From contig NW_026865718.1 of assembly GCF_026571515.1 (NCBI RefSeq), forward strand, positions 124,001-188,000: a DNA stretch of 64,000 nt, given 5' to 3'. Below, in pieces: positions 59,940 to 64,000 of the stretch. The number at the start of each line of letters is the position of its first letter. Position 1 is the first letter of the stretch. A model generated the notes under the pieces. The model ran no database searches. It was given only the letters and a program-made list of their open reading frames with translations, and was not told the DNA's origin. This DNA is from Ruditapes philippinarum. Taxonomy: Eukaryota. The position numbers and the translations under genes were made by a program.

Positions 59940-60088
59940 CATGAGCATATTTCTAATTATGAGTTGGTAGTTATTAAAGGGGCCATGTCTGCCACTTTCT
60001 GCGCAGTTTTTCTCCATCCAATTTGGGGGTATTGTATGGCAGAGGCTTGCATGCAAATCACCAGGCTGATGTGGATCCAAGCCTTTTG

Positions 60089-60921
60089 GCAGGCACTTGC
60101 GCAGATTTTTAATGCATTTGCAATGTACAAGGGTGTTTAGCAAACAAAATTGTTTTTATAATTTTAAACATGATTGGATGTAGCTGTTTCAACAAGATAT
60201 ATTTTCCAAATGTCCGAAGTGAAATATAAATTTCCGATTGTCCGGAATGATACATAAATTTCCGATTGTCCGGAATGATACATAAATTTCCGATTATCCG
60301 GAATATGAACAAATTTCCGATTATCCGGAATATGAAAATAAATTTCCGATTATCCGGAATATGAAAATAAATTTCCGATTATCCGGAATATGAAAATAAA
60401 TTTCCGATTATCCGGAATATGAAAATAAATTTCCGATTATCCGGAATATAAAATATAAATTTCCGATTGTCCGGAATACTTTATTACTATGTAACGCTCT
60501 CCAGTCTGAACAAAATAACTTCTGATTTTCCAGAGTTTGTACATTCAATCATGTATATATATATTCTTTATATGTAAATTTCCGAACATCCGGAATTATG
60601 GTGGTCTGCCATATTGCCCCTTGGGATCAGCGCAGCACCAAAAAATTCTCTTGTGCATTGCAAATGTATTTTACAGCCATGGCCAAAAACTGCCAAACTT
60701 ATTTTATATGCGTTGATTGACATTCTTAAGAATATAATATTGTTAAATTGTTTTTGTATTAATGTTATAATCCTACAGAGATTATTGTAAGACATTGATA
60801 TTTACAATTACATGTATTATTATTTTATAAAGAAAATAATAATTCAAATAGATTATAAAACAGTTAGCTTTACTCTGTTTTTATTATATTGTATATTTAA
60901 TTGAAACCTTTCCCTGATAAT
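60089..60921 (+). repeat. Split direct repeat B1 of Ngaro element
   Basis: Nearly identical to 61808-62644 (gcaggcacttgcgcag...ccctgataat). Confidence 0.95.
60228..60477. repeat. Minisatellite of about 28-29 bp (aaatttccgattatccggaatatgaaaat), about 9 copies, inside B1; repeated at 61947-62197 in B2
   Basis: Tandem units directly visible. Confidence 0.95.
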
Positions 60922-61119
60922 ATAATATATATCAAGTCTCGTCTTTAGATATATTTGTTATCTGGGAGGGGAAGTAACTCCTCTAACCTTAAAGGTAAAA
61001 TTTGATATTCATTACCGGTCTTTATAATATGACGTCATAAGTTTATGTGTACTCACGACTAGACATTTCTGGAAACTCAGGGAGGAAGGTCAGAAATTTT
61101 TTTCCTCAGTTTTTAAATT
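60918..61119 (+). repeat. Split direct repeat A2, abutting B1
   Basis: Copy of A1 fused directly to the end of B1 through a shared TAAT. Confidence 0.9.
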
Positions 61120-61807
61120 CCCTCCACACCCCCACCCTTTCTATGGTCTTTTGCTGCTTTCTTTTATTGTCTATTTTCAGATTTGTCCACAATTTAGGGT
61201 TCGTCATGGCTGTCGTAACCATTTCCAAAGTGGCTGCTCATTATGCGGGAACATGGATGCCTCGTATAATAAAGTGTTTCACAATGGGCTTAGAATCGAT
61301 GGAATGGATAAAATAGTAGTTCACAACATGAAAGTGTTCAAACTTGTGTAATGAAACATTATTATGTCTTTCAAAGGATTCAGTTTTCCTTTACATACGT
61401 ACATTTTATTTAGATACCATTAATTGAAAATTATGGCATGGAACATTACTTCTTGTGTACTGTGAACATTATTTATGTCATTGATTCATTGGAAATTAAA
61501 CCCTTGCATTTAATTTTATGCATATTTAAAATTATTTAAACTTTTTAATGCCTTACATGTACAGTAGACATACTATATTGTTAAAGATTAATGTATAATC
61601 AATTCTTTAATTATAATTGTAACTTAATACAGTAAGCAAGTCTATCCATTTGTAAATATGTAAAACTTAAGTGTAGAGATTATTAATTTGACAAATGTTT
61701 GTGATAAGCAAAGCTAGTGTTGTCAGTTGTAATTGTATTAATCAGTTTGTTTCTTAATACTGTTTCTAATTCTATATGCAGTAAGCCCATTACTTTCAAT
61801 TTCTTGA

Positions 61808-62644
61808 GCAGGCACTTGCGCAGATTTTTAATGCATTTGCAATGTACAAGGGTGTTTAGCAAACAAAATTGTTTTTATAATTTTAAACATGATTGGATGT
61901 AGCTGTTTCAACAAGATATATTTTCCAAATGTCCGAAGTGAAATATAAATTTCCGATTGTCCGGAATGATACATAAATTTCCGATTGTCCGGAATGATAC
62001 ATAAATTTCCGATTATCCGGAATATGAACAAATTTCCGATTATCCGGAATATGAAAATAAATTTCCGATTATCCGGAATATGAAAATAAATTTCCGATTA
62101 TCCGGAATATGAAAATAAATTTCCGATTATCCGGAATATGAAAATAAATTTCCGATTATCCGGAATATAAAATATAAATTTCCGATTGTCCGGAATACTT
62201 TATTACTATGTAACGCTCTCCAGTCTGAACAAAATAACTTCTGATTTTCCAGAGTTTGTACATTCAATCATGTATATATATATTCTTTATATGTAAATTT
62301 CCGAACATCCGGAATTATGGTGGTCTGCCATATTGCCCCTTGGGATCAGCGCAGCACAAAAAAATTCTCTTGTGCATTTGCAAATGTATTTTACAGCGCA
62401 TGGCCAAAAACTGCCAAAACTTATTTTATATGCGTTGATTGACATTCTTAAGAATATAATATTTTTAAATTGTTTTGTATTAATGTTATAATGCCTACAG
62501 AGATTATTGTAAGACATTGATATTTACAATTACATGTATTATTATTTTATAAAGAAAATAATAATTCAAATAGATTATAAAACAGTTAGCTTTACTCTGT
62601 TTTTATTATATTGTATATTTAATTGAAACCCTTTCCCTGATAAT
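61808..62644 (+). repeat. Split direct repeat B2 (right terminus of element)
   Basis: Copy of B1; it explains the duplicated ORF-track peptides 60109-60312 and 61828-62031. Confidence 0.95.
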
Positions 62645-64000
62645 GTTCATTTTAATTTCTTTACATCACGTGATTTTCATGTTCGCAAAAAAACAGAAAG
62701 AACTGGACTGACAAGAACAGCATCAGAAACAAACGTTATTAAAGCATCTTAGAAACTGGAGGAACCATAATAAATAAATTAATAAATAAATAAAAAATGA
62801 TGAAATAAATGTCCAAATCAGCCCCTTTACATATTATATTCAGGAAAAATACTAAACTTCAACATAATATAAGAAAAGTTTACTACTTAGTTTTATGTAA
62901 ATTGAGGTATAAATAGTTTATCAGATTAAAACGCGAAGCTTTCAGCATAATGACTGAAGAAGATTTAATCCATATTCATCAATACTAATTATACGACAGG
63001 TGTCCTAGTGGATCAATGAAAATGAAAAAAACACCCAGTCATATCAAAATATCTCAAAACAGAGAGACGCAACAAAAAATAAACACAATAAACACATCAA
63101 CAACAAAAACAAATAAAGCTATATGATACCTGTTCAGAATTTCTATAAACATATTAAACTGATATTCTCCCAGACATTTATCGATATATAATGTTGTCAA
63201 TGTCGGCAAAAGATAAATAGAACGACTTTCACAACTTGCACGTGAATTCTATTAATGAGAGAACTTATTTTCACTATGCCTGTGAAATTGAGACTGGTAC
63301 CGATTATTTTCTTCTGGACACCTGTCGTCAGTGACAACGATTACGTGAATCAATCACAGAACCAGTCTTTTGTGCTGACTATTGATTGGTCCATTTCAAT
63401 TTCTGGAATTGTTTTTAAATTAACTGAAAATGAATCCGGACTGTATTGTTGAACGCCGGCGGAACCAAAGGGCGTCGAGTGGCAGTTTACACGCGATGTA
63501 AAAGAAGAAAGAAAATGCGCTCGCTTTCTGAGTGTTCTTATTTGATTTTTCTCCTTTAAACAATCGTTTGAGAAAGTTACTTTCACTGGAACAACAATAT
63601 TTGCCTGCGCTATTTAAACGACAATATGATATGCATTTTAAATGTAAGAATGGGTTTATTCATTGAAAAATATTTCATCAAATTTTAAAGTCAACGAACA
63701 TGAAGTCTCAATTAGATCATTGTCAATGGAAAGGATAGTATCAGCTTCTTTTATTGCACAACAAACAACTTTTCGGATGTATCAAATCTATGAAATTTTC
63801 ATTTTGTACGCACAACACCATATATGTCCTGTTTTCCTGTACATTATTTTAAGGGCTTTTTGTTGGGTTTGTTGTTTTTGTGTGTTGTTTTAATGTTGTT
63901 GTTGTCTTTGTTCTTGTCATGACCTTGTCTGAAGACCGGTGTGTTGATTAATATGATTAAACGTATAATTTATCAATTTATATTTATTAAGTTAATTAAC

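Larger units (their letters stand above)
54817..62644 (+). mobile_element. Ngaro-type tyrosine-recombinase retrotransposon (DIRS order) with split direct repeats, near full length
   Basis: gag - RT/RNase H - YR - SGNH order. Repeats A1 (54821-55031), B1 (60089-60921), A2 (60918-61119), B2 (61808-62644). TAAT occurs at both ends and at the B1/A2 junction. Confidence 0.93.

Noticed and set aside
60228-62197. Palindromic repeats of about 28 bp as a CRISPR array
   Set aside because: Units are head-to-tail with no unique spacers, there are no cas genes, and the context is eukaryotic.
60089-62644. B1/B2 duplication as an assembly artefact or as LTRs
   Set aside because: The A1...B1A2...B2 arrangement with a YR gene is the expected split-direct-repeat structure; there is no integrase, PBS or TG..CA ends.
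63130-63590. Possible upstream minus-strand exon or promoter (CpG-rich, donor-like CAG|GTATCA near 63129)
   Set aside because: No recognisable protein and no way to link it to a gene from sequence alone.

Overview
AT-rich, intron- and repeat-rich animal genomic DNA. The SINE, MITE and HINE repertoire suggests a bivalve mollusc (inference). It contains: (1) a complete 8-coding-exon urate oxidase gene on + (6278-13471, 302 aa, C-terminal SKL); a 30-bp minisatellite made of copies of the exon-6 splice donor fills intron 6, and an antisense splice-donor-rich minisatellite fills intron 1; (2) an intronless class I SAM-dependent transferase on - (25668-24406) that resembles bacterial isonocardicin-synthase (Nat)-like 3-amino-3-carboxypropyl transferases, with a eukaryotic TATA/Kozak context, making it a candidate horizontally acquired gene; (3) a single-exon 2743-aa AJM1-like ORF on -, with a candidate alternative terminal exon 8 kb downstream of an internal donor; (4) a near-intact Ngaro-type (DIRS order) tyrosine-recombinase retrotransposon (about 54817-62644) with A1...B1A2...B2 split direct repeats, gag, RT/RNase H, YR and an ATG-less SGNH hydrolase that appears to be spliced in frame onto the Gag N-terminus; (5) many SINEs, MITEs, a Helentron-associated element and minisatellites. 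All family calls rest on motif recognition by eye; no searches were run.
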